This document shows, one piece after another, positions 10,166 through 21,027 of a stretch of 64,000 bases of DNA (position 1 is the stretch's first letter; each line of letters opens with the position of its first letter). The stretch is from Lishizhenia sp. (GTDB lineage: Bacteria; Bacteroidota; Bacteroidia; Flavobacteriales_D; Crocinitomicaceae): positions 101,595 to 165,594 of the forward strand of contig CBFHKX010000003.1 of the NCBI GenBank assembly GCA_965656535.1. Direction: 5' to 3'. The notes beneath the pieces are model-generated. The model did no database searches, was not told where the DNA came from, and saw nothing but the letters and a program-made list of their open reading frames with translations. Both the position numbers and the translations under genes were made by a program.

Positions 10166-11113
10166 TTACTTCTTTTTCTCTCTATAGTTTTTCATGGTAT
10201 ATGCTAAACCAACACCAATTACTTGTTTGAATTGGGTTCTTGGTCCGCCAATATCACCATCTATATCAGGATTTCTTATTGTTATATCATGGTCGTAAAT
10301 CAAGTTTGCTTGAATACTAGCACTCAGCCATTTGTTTACTTTCATTGATATAATTAATTCAGCATTAATATCTATGTTTTGAGGGTTGTTAACGTAGTTT
10401 GAGAAAAGTTCAATACTGGACTTCATATTTACGTTTTCCATTAACTCTTTGTTGTACAGAATTCTTGCGTAAGCACCAAGCTCATATCTAAATTGCTCTC
10501 CAGGTGTTACAATTGCATTCATGTCATCTAAAATAGCAGGAGCTACACCAAATGCACCGGCATTTGCCAATGTTTCATCTTGTACAAATGTAAATTTGGA
10601 AGAAATTGGAGAAAAGAATACATTAAAATTATCGTTAGGAGCAAATTCAATACCGGCTGATAAATTTAAGTAACCAGGTGCCATAAAAGCCGAATTTCTG
10701 ATAGAGTCATTCGGAAAACTAAACCCATCTAAAAATTGTGTTCTAAAACCTGCAAGTGCAGTAATATACCACGGCTTTTTTAGTCCATAACCAAAAGAAG
10801 ATTGAAAGTCAATCTGATCATCTGTTTTTTGTAGATTGTCTTCAAAATATTGAATACCTCCTAATGCCAACTTTAATCGGTTGTCCCACTTAACTTTATC
10901 TTTTGAATAATTAGCAGAAGCATCTGCAAAGGCTAGGCCAGAGATATTGTTTCTACCACCTGCAGCCCAGTTTGTGAAAGTTGCCTGTGTTAAATTCAAT
11001 CCAGTTAATGCTTTTAGTTTCCAGTTTGGATCTGTAGGCTTTTCGTTTTCCTCTTGTGCCACGGAGGTGAATCCAAATGCTATAAAAAGTCCAAATGTAA
11101 TTATTCGCTTCAT
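10166..11113 (-). CDS. DUF3078-like outer-membrane beta-barrel protein
   Basis: Signal peptide, GLNLTQATFTNWAAGG, QFKQVIGVGLAY C-terminus and alternating beta pattern. Confidence 0.8.
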   Translation of the reverse strand: MKRIITFGLFIAFGFTSVAQEENEKPTDPNWKLKALTGLNLTQATFTNWAAGGRNNISGLAFADASANYSKDKVKWDNRLKLALGGIQYFEDNLQKTDDQIDFQSSFGYGLKKPWYITALAGFRTQFLDGFSFPNDSIRNSAFMAPGYLNLSAGIEFAPNDNFNVFFSPISSKFTFVQDETLANAGAFGVAPAILDDMNAIVTPGEQFRYELGAYARILYNKELMENVNMKSSIELFSNYVNNPQNIDINAELIISMKVNKWLSASIQANLIYDHDITIRNPDIDGDIGGPRTQFKQVIGVGLAYTMKNYREKKK

Positions 11114-11292
11114 GTTTTTGATTTTGACAAATGTCTTTTAAATCTTTCGGCAAAAGAAGTTATCTTTCAAATAATTATCACCATTTAATCGTTAAAAACC
11201 TCTTTTTCTTCGACGAATGTTTCTGTTTCAACAGTAAATAAACGTTAAAGATTTATTATTTTCGCAGGATATAACATCACTAAAATAATAAA

Positions 11293-12468
11293 ATGAAAGA
11301 AGTTTACATCATATCTGCTGTAAGAACTCCAATGGGAAGCTTTTTAGGAGGTTTATCATCTGTTCCAGCAACACAACTAGGTACCACAGCTATTAAAGGT
11401 GCAATAGATAAATCTAAAATAGACGTAAATACGATAGATGAAGTGTTTATGGGAAATGTTTTACAAGCAAATTTAGGTCAAGCTCCAGCAAGACAAGCAG
11501 CTATGGGTGCAGGTGTTGATGAAAATGTACCTTGTACAACTGTGAATAAAGTGTGTGCTTCTGGAATGAAATCTATTTCTTTAGCAGCACAAACTATTTT
11601 AGCTGGCGATAATCATATTGTTGTAGCAGGAGGAATGGAAAACATGAGTTCTGTACCACATTATGTACAAGGTCGCTCAGCAACGAAGTTGGGAGATATA
11701 AAAATGGTTGACGGAATGGTTAAAGACGGATTAACTGACGTTTATAACCGTGTGCACATGGGAAATTGTGCAGAGAAATGTGCTGCAGAGCATAACTTTT
11801 CTAGAGAAGACCAAGATCAGTTTGCTATTGATTCTTACAATAAATCTGCTGCTGCATGGAAGGCTGGTAAGTTTAACGATGAAGTAGTTCCTGTTGAAGT
11901 ATCTCAAAGAAGAGGTGATGCAATTATTGTTTCTGAGGATGAGGAGTATAAAAATGTGAAAATGGATAAAATTGCAACTTTAAGACCTGCTTTTGATAAA
12001 GAAGGAACTGTAACAGCTGCGAATGCATCTACTTTGAACGACGGAGCCTCAGCACTTATTTTAGCATCTAAAGAAGCTGTAGAAAAGTACGGTTTAACGC
12101 CTATTGCTAAAATTGTTAGCTATGCTGATGCTGCTCAAGCTCCAGAATGGTTTACAACCGCTCCAGCAAAAGCGTTGCCAATAGCAATAGGTAAGGCTGG
12201 TTTAACTAATGATGATATTGATTATTGGGAGTTAAATGAAGCATTTTCAGTAGTAGGATTAGCAAATACCAAATTATTAGGTATAGATCCTGCGAAGGTA
12301 GATGTAAATGGAGGAGCCGTTGCTTTAGGTCACCCATTAGGTTCTTCTGGTTCGCGTATTATTGTTACTTTAATTAATGTTTTAAAGCAAAACGGAGGAA
12401 AGTATGGAGCTGCCGGAATTTGTAATGGAGGCGGAGGAGCTTCAGCAATGGTAATAGAGAATATTTAA
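11293..12468 (+). CDS. Acetyl-CoA C-acyltransferase (thiolase)
   Basis: TVNKVCASGMK, ELNEAFS, VNGGAVALGHPLGSSG and GICNGGGGASA. Confidence 0.96.
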   Translation: MKEVYIISAVRTPMGSFLGGLSSVPATQLGTTAIKGAIDKSKIDVNTIDEVFMGNVLQANLGQAPARQAAMGAGVDENVPCTTVNKVCASGMKSISLAAQTILAGDNHIVVAGGMENMSSVPHYVQGRSATKLGDIKMVDGMVKDGLTDVYNRVHMGNCAEKCAAEHNFSREDQDQFAIDSYNKSAAAWKAGKFNDEVVPVEVSQRRGDAIIVSEDEEYKNVKMDKIATLRPAFDKEGTVTAANASTLNDGASALILASKEAVEKYGLTPIAKIVSYADAAQAPEWFTTAPAKALPIAIGKAGLTNDDIDYWELNEAFSVVGLANTKLLGIDPAKVDVNGGAVALGHPLGSSGSRIIVTLINVLKQNGGKYGAAGICNGGGGASAMVIENI

Positions 12469-12488
12469 AAGCTACATTTTATAAAGTA

Positions 12489-12520
12489 AAAAAGGATAAT
12501 CACACTTGATTATCCTTTTT
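12489..12520. terminator. Bidirectional intrinsic terminator between thiolase and prfC
   Basis: aaaaggataatca-cact-tgattatcctttt hairpin with A/T tails, between convergent genes. Confidence 0.8.
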
Positions 12521-12618
12521 TTTTAGAGCAACAACACTCTAATCATATCATAAACTGTATTCAAAAACCGAATAAATATTGGTCGTATAACTTTTATTAA
12601 CCTTACTATTTTACAGAA

Positions 12619-14211
12619 TTAATGTTTTACTTTAAATTCTGATGTCTTATGAAATGTTATTTCTGGATAGTCTCTTTCTGCCATTTGAAGTAAAAAAGGC
12701 GTTTCAGCTAAAAACACCAAATTTTCGTCTTTATCAACAGCAATGTTACCTGTTTTTGCACGTTGAAATTTTTCTATTTGTTCTTCATTGTCTGACGTTA
12801 TCCAACAGGCAAGATGGTAAGGTTTTGGAGTGAAAGAACATTTAGCTCCATATTCATGGGTTAATCTATGTAAGATTACATCAAACTGAAGTTGACCAAC
12901 AGTACCTACAATCTTCCTATTTCCAGGTTGCTGAATGAATAATTGAGCTACTCCTTCGTCCATAAGTTGTTTAATACCCTTGTCTAGTTGTTTAGACTTC
13001 ATTGGGTCGTTGTTTTGCAGTTCTTGGAAAATTTCTGGAGAGAAAGATGGAATACCTGTAAAGTTCATTATTTCTCCTTCGGTAAGTGTATCTCCGATTT
13101 TAAAGTTTCCAGAGTCGTATAAACCAACAACATCCCCTGGGAAAGCTTCTTCTACTACAGATTTATCGTTAGCCATGAAGGAAGTGGGGTTAGGGAACTT
13201 TAGTTTTTTATTTAATCGAATGTGCTTGTAGAATGTATTTCTTTCAAATTTACCGGATACAATTCTTAGAAAGGCAATTCTATCTCTATGCTTTGGGTCT
13301 AGGTTTGCATGGATTTTAAATACAAAGCCTGAGAATTTCGGATCGTTTGGCTCTACCCGTTTTACGTCTGTATCTCGTCCCCTAGGAGATGGAGATATTT
13401 GTACAAACGCGTCTAGTAATTCTTTTACCCCAAAATTATTTACTGCAGATCCAAAAAATACTGGAGCAATTTCTCCAGACAAATAAGTTTCAGCGTCAAA
13501 CGGTTCGTAAACGCCATTTATAAGCTCAACCTCTTCTCTAAGTTCATCTGCAAAAGATTCTCCTATTAAGGTATCTAGTTCTGGGTTATTTAAATCGCTA
13601 AAGGAAACAACTTCTTCGGCAATTTTAGTTTTGTTGGCAGAGAATAAATTTAAGTTTTGATCAAAAAGATTGTAAACTCCTTTAAATCGATCACCCATTC
13701 CTATAGGCCAGGCGAGAGGTCTTACTTTAATGTCGAGCTTTGTTTCAAGTTCGTCCAAAAGGTCAAAGGCTTCTTTCCCGTCTCTGTCCATCTTATTTAC
13801 AAAAACGATTACGGGAGTTTTTCGCATTCTACATACCTCCATTAAGCGTTCGGTCTGTGCCTCAACACCATTTGCACAATCTATAACAAGTATTACACTA
13901 TCAACTGCGGTTAATGTTCGGTAAGTATCTTCAGCAAAGTCTTTGTGACCTGGTGTATCTAAGATGTTTACTTGCTTTCCTTTGTATTTAAAAGCCATTA
14001 CGGATGTAGCTACAGAAATACCTCTCTGTTTTTCTATTTCCATAAAGTCAGATGTAGCCGTTTTTTTTATTTTGTTATTTTTCACAGCTCCAGCGGTTTG
14101 AATAGCTCCACCGAAGAGAAGTAATTTTTCCGTTAAGGTTGTTTTACCAGCATCTGGGTGAGAGATTATACCAAAGGTTCTTCTTTTGTCTACAGCTTCT
14201 TTATACTTCAT
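12619..14211 (-). CDS. prfC: Peptide chain release factor 3
   Basis: [34 protein letters not shown] and [15 protein letters not shown]. Confidence 0.97.
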   Translation of the reverse strand: MKYKEAVDKRRTFGIISHPDAGKTTLTEKLLLFGGAIQTAGAVKNNKIKKTATSDFMEIEKQRGISVATSVMAFKYKGKQVNILDTPGHKDFAEDTYRTLTAVDSVILVIDCANGVEAQTERLMEVCRMRKTPVIVFVNKMDRDGKEAFDLLDELETKLDIKVRPLAWPIGMGDRFKGVYNLFDQNLNLFSANKTKIAEEVVSFSDLNNPELDTLIGESFADELREEVELINGVYEPFDAETYLSGEIAPVFFGSAVNNFGVKELLDAFVQISPSPRGRDTDVKRVEPNDPKFSGFVFKIHANLDPKHRDRIAFLRIVSGKFERNTFYKHIRLNKKLKFPNPTSFMANDKSVVEEAFPGDVVGLYDSGNFKIGDTLTEGEIMNFTGIPSFSPEIFQELQNNDPMKSKQLDKGIKQLMDEGVAQLFIQQPGNRKIVGTVGQLQFDVILHRLTHEYGAKCSFTPKPYHLACWITSDNEEQIEKFQRAKTGNIAVDKDENLVFLAETPFLLQMAERDYPEITFHKTSEFKVKH

Positions 14212-14261
14212 AATTCAATCGATCTGATTTATAGATTTTTAACAGCGATTTCTATAAGTCG

Positions 14262-15026
14262 GTGACAAAGGTACTGAGATTTTGTTTATTTTCGCTAGCT
14301 GTGAAATTAAAAGAAGTGAATAAAATAGGTTGGTTAATCGTAGTTTTTCTTTTTTCATTCAATGCTTTCTGCGCTCATGATTCTGATTCCATATCGGTAT
14401 CCAAAATTGAAAATTGGAAACTAAGTATTGAGCAAAAGTACGAATGTCTGCAGGATACTACACTTAGTTTCGAGGCGTATGAGGAAGCCTTAAGAGGATA
14501 TACTTTATTAAAATCTGAGGAAAAGCTACCGTCTTCTAAGTATATTACCATTATTGATTTTAGTCAGCATTCTTCTAAAAAAAGACTATACATCATAAAT
14601 GTAACTGATAATGTTATTGTTAAACGCACTTTTTGTGCACATGGTAAACGAACAGGAAATGAATTAGCCAAAAACTTTAGTAATGAACACGGTAGTAATA
14701 TGAGCAGTCTAGGCTTTTATCTTACAGAAGATACTTACAGCGGTAAGTTCGATTTAGCTTTGCGTTTGCAAGGTTTGGAAGCATCAAATAATAAGGCGAG
14801 GAGCAGAGGTGTTGTAATTCATGGTGCAGAATATGCTACTGAAGATTTTTTGATGGAGAATGGAAGATTAGGCCGAAGTTTAGGTTGTCCTGCAATACCC
14901 TTAAATGAAGCTCCTGAAATTATAAGCAGTATTAAAGATGGAAGTCTGGTTTACATTTATCACCCCACGAAAAGTTACCGACGACAATCTCGTATCCTAA
15001 GGAATTATGATTTTTTAGAATTATAG
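14262..15026 (+). CDS. Murein L,D-transpeptidase catalytic-domain family protein (YkuD-like); start uncertain
   Basis: IIDFSQHSSKKRLY, SSLGFYLT, VVIHGAEYA and GRSLGCPA (His/Cys dyad). Confidence 0.85.
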   Translation: MTKVLRFCLFSLAVKLKEVNKIGWLIVVFLFSFNAFCAHDSDSISVSKIENWKLSIEQKYECLQDTTLSFEAYEEALRGYTLLKSEEKLPSSKYITIIDFSQHSSKKRLYIINVTDNVIVKRTFCAHGKRTGNELAKNFSNEHGSNMSSLGFYLTEDTYSGKFDLALRLQGLEASNNKARSRGVVIHGAEYATEDFLMENGRLGRSLGCPAIPLNEAPEIISSIKDGSLVYIYHPTKSYRRQSRILRNYDFLEL

Positions 15027-15043
15027 TTGATTAGTTAGCATAG

Positions 15044-16432
15044 CTAGAATATTTTTCCAGGATTTAAAATCCCGTTCGGATCGAACACTTTTTTTATTTC
15101 TCGCATTAAATTCAACTGAACTTCAGAAAAAGCAATTGGCATATATCTTTTTTGAACTAAACCAATACCGTGTTCGCCAGATATTGTACCTCCTAAACGA
15201 ACCACTAATTCAAATATTTCAGTTATTGCTTTTGGTAGTTCATCGTTCCATTGCACATCGGTTAATTCACCCTTAATTATATTAACATGCAGGTTTCCGT
15301 CTCCAGCATGACCATAACAAACGGATTTAAAACCATATCTGCATCCAATTTCCTTAACACCTGCTAATAGTTTAGGCAACTCATACCTCGGTACAACGGT
15401 ATCTTCTTCTTTATAAACAGAATGCGCCTTTACAGCTTCACCTACCTTACGTCTTAACTTCCAAAGTGTATCTTTTTGTGCTTCGCTTTCAGCAAATAGA
15501 ATTTCGTCTGTTTTAAAATCTTCCAACAAGACCATTATTTTTTCACAGTCTTTAAATAACAAGTCGGGATTAAAACCATCTACCTCAATTAAAAGATGTG
15601 CAGCATGATTTTCTTTTACTTCAACAGAAATGTCATCGTTGTATTGGATTGTCCATAAAAGCGCATCACGCTCCATAAATTCTAAACCGCTTGGCGTTAT
15701 GCCGGCTTTAAATATTTCTGCAACAGCTCTGCATGCTTCTTCGGCAGCATAAAATGGCACTAGCATTAATAAAGTATGCGTCGGATGCGGAATTAGTTTT
15801 AAAACAATTTTAGTAATTATACCTAAAGTTCCTTCACTTCCTACAACAAGTTGAGTTAAATTATAACCCGTAGCATTTTTCAATACATTCGCACCTGTCC
15901 AAATAATTTCACCAGTCGGCAAAACAACTTCTAAGTTTAAAACATACTCGTTTGTAACGCCGTACTTTACGGCTTTCGGACCACCACTATTTTCTGAAAC
16001 ATTACCACCAATAAAACAGCTTCCTTTGCTCGCAGGATCTGGAGGATAAAAAAGTCCTTTTTCTTTTACAGTATTTTGTAGAACCTCTGTAATTACACCC
16101 GGCTCGGTTGTAACTTGATGGTTGTTGGTGTCAATTTCAATAATTTTGTTAAAACGTTCCATACTCAAGGCAATCCCATTTTTGTTTGGAATTGCTCCTC
16201 CGCTTAAACCTGTTCTAGCTCCTTGCGGTGTAACTGTGATATTATTGGCATTACAATAAGCCAATATCGCAGCAATTTCTTTTGTGTTTTCTGGTACCAA
16301 AACCATGGCAGGCAAAACAGATAAATCTTCGGTTTCGTCTTTACTATGTTTATATAAACTGTCAGAGTCAACCTTACATCGGTCTCCAAGTAGAGTGGAA
16401 AAGTAAGTTATATGGGTTTTAATTGTGTTCAT
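15044..16432 (-). CDS. FAD-binding oxidoreductase, GlcD/D-lactate dehydrogenase family
   Basis: PQGARTGLSGGA, YPPDPASKGSCFIGGNV, YGHAGDGNLHVN, GTISGEHGIG and FDPNGILNPGKIF. Confidence 0.92.
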   Translation of the reverse strand: MNTIKTHITYFSTLLGDRCKVDSDSLYKHSKDETEDLSVLPAMVLVPENTKEIAAILAYCNANNITVTPQGARTGLSGGAIPNKNGIALSMERFNKIIEIDTNNHQVTTEPGVITEVLQNTVKEKGLFYPPDPASKGSCFIGGNVSENSGGPKAVKYGVTNEYVLNLEVVLPTGEIIWTGANVLKNATGYNLTQLVVGSEGTLGIITKIVLKLIPHPTHTLLMLVPFYAAEEACRAVAEIFKAGITPSGLEFMERDALLWTIQYNDDISVEVKENHAAHLLIEVDGFNPDLLFKDCEKIMVLLEDFKTDEILFAESEAQKDTLWKLRRKVGEAVKAHSVYKEEDTVVPRYELPKLLAGVKEIGCRYGFKSVCYGHAGDGNLHVNIIKGELTDVQWNDELPKAITEIFELVVRLGGTISGEHGIGLVQKRYMPIAFSEVQLNLMREIKKVFDPNGILNPGKIF

Positions 16433-16998
16433 TATAAGTTTCGCTCTACAAAGTCAATTAAACTATGAATTACCTTGATGTGTATTTCTTGAGCTCTATC
16501 TGCATATTTAGACTTTGGTGCTCTTATTTCTACATCGCATATTGATGCCATTTTACCACCGTCTTTTCCTGTTAAACCAATAACTTTCATTCCTTTAGCT
16601 TTTGCAGCGTTTATAGCTTTAATAATGTTTTTAGAGTTTCCACTGGTTGAGATTGCTAAAAGAACATCTCCAGTTCTTCCAACTCCCTCTATGTATCTAG
16701 AAAATACATCTTCGTATCCGTAATCATTACTAACGCACGACATGTGTGATACATCAGATATTGAAATAGCGCCAATTGCCGGACGATTATCTCTATATCT
16801 ACCTGTTAATTCTTCAGCAAAATGCATGGCATCACACATAGAGCCTCCATTTCCACAAGAAATAACTTTACCTTCTTTTCTAAAGCTTGTAACCAAGAGG
16901 TTTCCTGCTCGTTCTATAGCTTTGAAGTTTTCATCATTACTGTTAAATAAGTGTAAAATTTCGGCTGCCTCCAAAAAATGGTCTGCAATTTGTTTCAT
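16432..16998 (-). CDS. gmhA: D-sedoheptulose-7-phosphate isomerase (SIS domain); start at 16998 or 17022
   Basis: [26 protein letters not shown] and [14 protein letters not shown]. Confidence 0.9.
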   Translation of the reverse strand: MKQIADHFLEAAEILHLFNSNDENFKAIERAGNLLVTSFRKEGKVISCGNGGSMCDAMHFAEELTGRYRDNRPAIGAISISDVSHMSCVSNDYGYEDVFSRYIEGVGRTGDVLLAISTSGNSKNIIKAINAAKAKGMKVIGLTGKDGGKMASICDVEIRAPKSKYADRAQEIHIKVIHSLIDFVERNL

Positions 16999-17122
16999 GC
17001 TGTTTGAAATTGATTTCTTCAAAAATAAATAAAAATGGAAGTTAGCAATCTGTAATTTTAAACAAGTTTGCTATATTTGACAACCGTGATACTGTTAAGG
17101 TACACAAAAACAACGAAATATT

Positions 17123-17548
17123 ATGAAAAAAACGTTACTTGCACTGTTTGCATTTTTCTTAACTACGGCAGTTTTTGCCCAAGAACCTACGTGTTTTGAA
17201 AGATTAGAAAAAGCTTTTGAGAAAAGAGGTTCATATACAGTAGCAGATGATATGCACCGAAATGTTATTATTAGTTTTTTCGAAGACGGTGATTCTTTTT
17301 GTGTAAAAGGAAAAGCAAGAGTAGAAAATGGAGTAGTGGTTGCTATTTTTGTTTTTTATGAAGATGCGACTTCAGAGTTATTCGACAAGAAGTTTTATAA
17401 TAAAACAAAGAAAGAGCCGGTAATCACCAATGGAATATCTGAAATGATATATACAGCAGACGGTGAACAGCTTAGAATTGTATTTATTGATAAGTTAAAA
17501 CCAAAATCTAAAAGATATCAGGCAGTAGAGTTGCCTTCTGATCTATAA
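17123..17548 (+). CDS. Hypothetical secreted protein
   Basis: Sec signal peptide (..TAVFA/QE), own -7 element tatatttg at 17072-17079 and its own terminator. Confidence 0.75.
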   Translation: MKKTLLALFAFFLTTAVFAQEPTCFERLEKAFEKRGSYTVADDMHRNVIISFFEDGDSFCVKGKARVENGVVVAIFVFYEDATSELFDKKFYNKTKKEPVITNGISEMIYTADGEQLRIVFIDKLKPKSKRYQAVELPSDL

Positions 17549-17565
17549 AATATATTTAAAAAATG

Positions 17566-17591
17566 AAAAGCCTTACTTGTGTAAGGCTTTT
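17566..17591 (+). terminator. Intrinsic terminator
   Basis: aaaagccttac-ttgt-gtaaggctttt followed by a T-run. Confidence 0.8.
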
Positions 17592-17757
17592 TTTGTTTAT
17601 CCTATTTTACAAATCAATTTATTAGTTATTGATTTTCGCATTTTAACTGATTAATTTACAGCTAGCTAAAACATAATTAATGGGTTGTGATATGCCGTTA
17701 TTGCTAGATTTGTTAATAACCCTAAAGATTATAGTTGAATTTACCGATTTGAAATGA

Positions 17758-17765
17758 TATATTTG
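17758..17765 (+). promoter_or_regulatory. Bacteroidota -7 promoter element of secDF
   Basis: tatatttg matches the TAnnTTTG consensus, 35 nt upstream of the ATG. Confidence 0.6.
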
Positions 17766-17800
17766 CCAGCTATATTTAAACACAAACATAAGATTACGAC

Positions 17801-20800
17801 ATGCGTAACAAAGGATTTTTTTGGTTTTTCACAATTGTATTAGCAGTTGTTTGTATCTACCAGTTATCGTTCACTTTCATTGCTAATGGAGTTGAATCAG
17901 AAGCAGAAGCAAATGCAGACGCTAGTGTAGAAGAAATGTTTGCTTCGGCAGCAGAACTAGATACATTGCTCTTACCTAACGGTACTAAAGTTGCTAAAAA
18001 CGACCCAGAGGCTAGAGATTTGGCTAAGTCGGCTTTTGTAAACGACATTCTCAAGAACAAGAACGAAGAGGAAGTATTTTTAGGAAGTACTTACAAAGAT
18101 GTTAAAGGTAAAAGTATCGCTTTAGGGCTTGACTTGAAAGGTGGGATGTCTGTGACATTGCAGTTATCTATGCCGGATTTAGTCAAAAACTATGCTGTTA
18201 GTCCTAAAATTGAACGTTTCAGTAAACCTTTTAATACAGCTGTAGATGCCTACAATGCAGAAGGAGGAGATTTTATTACACTTTTCGCTCAAGAATTTAA
18301 AAAGGCACATCCAGAAAGACCTTTGATTAAGGAGTTTTCAACTGAAGCCGTGATAGGTGAAATTGGATCTAAGGCAACCGATGAAGAAGTTATTAATTAT
18401 CTAACTGGCTTAGCAGACAATGCTTTGGATGGAGTTGAAACCATAATGGCCAACAGAATTAACCAATTCGGTGTTGCACAACCAAACATTACAAAAGATG
18501 TAGAGTCTAACAGAATATACATTGAATTACCAGGTGTTAAGGATCAAGAAACGGTAAGGTCGCGTATACAAGGTTCTGCTAACTTAGAATTTTACCATGC
18601 TTTAAAAGGTACGCAAGTTGGTGGTATTTTGAATGCTTTAGCTACATCTGAAGAAGATTTATTAGAAGCATTGGAAGAAACTGAGACAAACGATTCGACT
18701 GATATTGCTTCCTCAGACTCATTATCTAACCCTGCAGACTCATTGAACCTAGATGATATTTTAGGCGAAGAAACAGAAGACTTAGCAGAAGATAAGGAGC
18801 AGAATGAATTCTTAAAATATTTTAGAATAAACGCTTCTGAAGAAGGTTTTCTTCCTAGTCCGCAATTAGGATACGCTAAAGCTGCAGATACAGCTAAGGT
18901 TAATCAATTAATAGCGGAGCGTTATGACGAGTTAGGAATCGAAAACGTTTTATTTGCTTGGGGTAATGCCGGTATTAAATTATTACAAGATAACGATACG
19001 CTATACCACGCTTTATATGCTTTAGAAATACCAGAAGACGGAAAAGCTAGAGTAGGTGGAGCAGATATTGATGAAGCTAGAGTAGGATCTAACGAAGGTA
19101 AGATTGTTATTTTGGTTGATATGACATCTGAAGGTCAGGAAGAATGGAAAAACATGACTTCTGATTATCAGCCTAGAGGAAATCAGCCGAATGATTTTGA
19201 GTTTGTTGCCATAGCGATGGATGGAAAAGTATTTAGTGCACCTTCTATCAATTCAGTAATTGAAGGAGGAAGTACAGAAATTTCAGGTAACTTTAAGCTA
19301 GACGAAGCACAAGAAATTGTAAATCTATTAAATGGTGGTGCTTTACCAGCGCCTGTTGTAATTGTAGAAGAAGCAGTAGTTGGACCTACAATTGGTGCGG
19401 AAAACGCATCATCTGGACTTTTATCTTTCGGTTTTGCTCTTGCATTGGTCTTAATTTATATGATTTTTTACTACGGTAAAGCTGGTGTAGTTGCAGATAT
19501 TGCACTTGTTGCAAACATTATATTTATTTTAGGTTGTCTTGCTTCCTTCGGAGCCGTACTTACTTTGGCAGGTATTGCAGGTATTGTACTTACTATTGGT
19601 ATGTCTGTTGATGCAAACGTACTTATCTTTGAAAGAATAAGAGAGGAAGTTGCTGAAGGAAAAGGAATGAAATTAGCTGTTAAAGATGGTTACAAGAAAG
19701 CACTGTCTTCTATTCTAGATGCAAACGTTACCACTTTATTAGTTGCTTTCGTATTGAAGTCATTTGGTTCAGGACCCATAGAATCTTTTGCTTCTACTTT
19801 AATCATAGGTATTTTTACATCTGTATTCGCTGCTGTTGTAATTACTAGATTGATTTTTGAATGGCAACTTGCTAAAAACGGATCAATTAATTTCTCAACA
19901 AAACTTACAAAAGGCGCATTTAAAAACTTAAACTTTAAGTTTATTAAAAATAGAAAGAAGTTTTACATTGTTTCTGGGTTATTAGTAATACTAGGTTTAG
20001 TTGCAATATTTACAAGAGAGCTCAAGCCTTCTGTAGAATTTTCTGGAGGTAGATCTTATGAGATGCTTTTTGATAAGCAAGTAGGAAACCGGATCGATGC
20101 AATTGAAAAAGACTTAAGAGCGGTTTTAGTTACTGAAGATGGAAAAAAAGCATCTGTAGAAGTAAAATCAAGAAATTCGGATTTCAGATTAGAGATTGCA
20201 ACTGACTTCTTATCGGGTGTTCCACAATCAGAAACACGTGTTCAGGACAAGATTAAAGAAGCCTTGAACGGAGAGAAATATGGTTCTGCAACAATAGAGA
20301 ATTCTAGATCAGTTTCTGCTGGTGTTTCAGAAGAATTAAAGTCGTCATCTTATATTTCGATTTTCTTATCATTAATCATCATCTTCGTATATATCTTAAT
20401 TAGATTTGGAAGATGGCAATATGGTTTAGGCGCTTTACTTGCAATGGCACATGATGTTATCATTGTTTTAGGAGTGTTTGCTGGTTTACACGGAATTATG
20501 CCATTTAACATGGAAGTAGATCAAGCATTTATTGCTGCGATTTTAACAGTTGTTGGTTATTCAATCAACGATACAGTTGTTGTATTTGACAGGATTAGAG
20601 AATATTTAGCTAAGTACAGAGGTACAGATAGAAAAGAAGTTATTAATACTGCGTTGAACTCTACTCTAAGTAGAACAATCAATACATCGTTATCTACTTT
20701 TGTGGTACTTCTAACTATTTTCATTTTTGATAGTGGAGCAATTAAAGGCTTTGTATTTGCCTTAATGATTGGTGTGGTTGTAGGTACTTACTCATCTATT

Positions 20801-20884
20801 TGTATTGCAACTCCAGCTATTGTAGATTTAGTAAAAGACAAAATTTCACCAAAGAAAAAGGAAGAAGCTACAGCTAAGGCTTAA
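17801..20884 (+). CDS. secDF: Protein translocase subunit SecDF (fused)
   Basis: LGLDLKGG, RINQFGVAQP, IGMSVDANVLIFERIREE, GYSINDTVVVFDRIRE and VGTYSSICIA. Confidence 0.97.
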   Translation: MRNKGFFWFFTIVLAVVCIYQLSFTFIANGVESEAEANADASVEEMFASAAELDTLLLPNGTKVAKNDPEARDLAKSAFVNDILKNKNEEEVFLGSTYKDVKGKSIALGLDLKGGMSVTLQLSMPDLVKNYAVSPKIERFSKPFNTAVDAYNAEGGDFITLFAQEFKKAHPERPLIKEFSTEAVIGEIGSKATDEEVINYLTGLADNALDGVETIMANRINQFGVAQPNITKDVESNRIYIELPGVKDQETVRSRIQGSANLEFYHALKGTQVGGILNALATSEEDLLEALEETETNDSTDIASSDSLSNPADSLNLDDILGEETEDLAEDKEQNEFLKYFRINASEEGFLPSPQLGYAKAADTAKVNQLIAERYDELGIENVLFAWGNAGIKLLQDNDTLYHALYALEIPEDGKARVGGADIDEARVGSNEGKIVILVDMTSEGQEEWKNMTSDYQPRGNQPNDFEFVAIAMDGKVFSAPSINSVIEGGSTEISGNFKLDEAQEIVNLLNGGALPAPVVIVEEAVVGPTIGAENASSGLLSFGFALALVLIYMIFYYGKAGVVADIALVANIIFILGCLASFGAVLTLAGIAGIVLTIGMSVDANVLIFERIREEVAEGKGMKLAVKDGYKKALSSILDANVTTLLVAFVLKSFGSGPIESFASTLIIGIFTSVFAAVVITRLIFEWQLAKNGSINFSTKLTKGAFKNLNFKFIKNRKKFYIVSGLLVILGLVAIFTRELKPSVEFSGGRSYEMLFDKQVGNRIDAIEKDLRAVLVTEDGKKASVEVKSRNSDFRLEIATDFLSGVPQSETRVQDKIKEALNGEKYGSATIENSRSVSAGVSEELKSSSYISIFLSLIIIFVYILIRFGRWQYGLGALLAMAHDVIIVLGVFAGLHGIMPFNMEVDQAFIAAILTVVGYSINDTVVVFDRIREYLAKYRGTDRKEVINTALNSTLSRTINTSLSTFVVLLTIFIFDSGAIKGFVFALMIGVVVGTYSSICIATPAIVDLVKDKISPKKKEEATAKA

Positions 20885-20908
20885 TTCTTTTAAAATAAAT
20901 AGATTAGT

Positions 20909-20936
20909 AGTCCTTTCTCTTAATTGAGGAAGGACT
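20909..20936 (+). terminator. Intrinsic terminator after secDF
   Basis: agtcctt...aaggact hairpin followed by a T-run. Confidence 0.75.
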
Positions 20937-21027
20937 TTTTTTGTTGTTCACATTTAAGGCTGAATATCTAATTTCTTTAGCTGTGAAAAGCGAGTAAAGA
21001 ATTCTTAATTTCATAAAAATATTTCTA

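Noticed and set aside
18640-18810. Acidic low-complexity insert in SecDF (and the GyrA tail)
   Set aside because: Such linkers and tails are ordinary in Bacteroidota orthologues.
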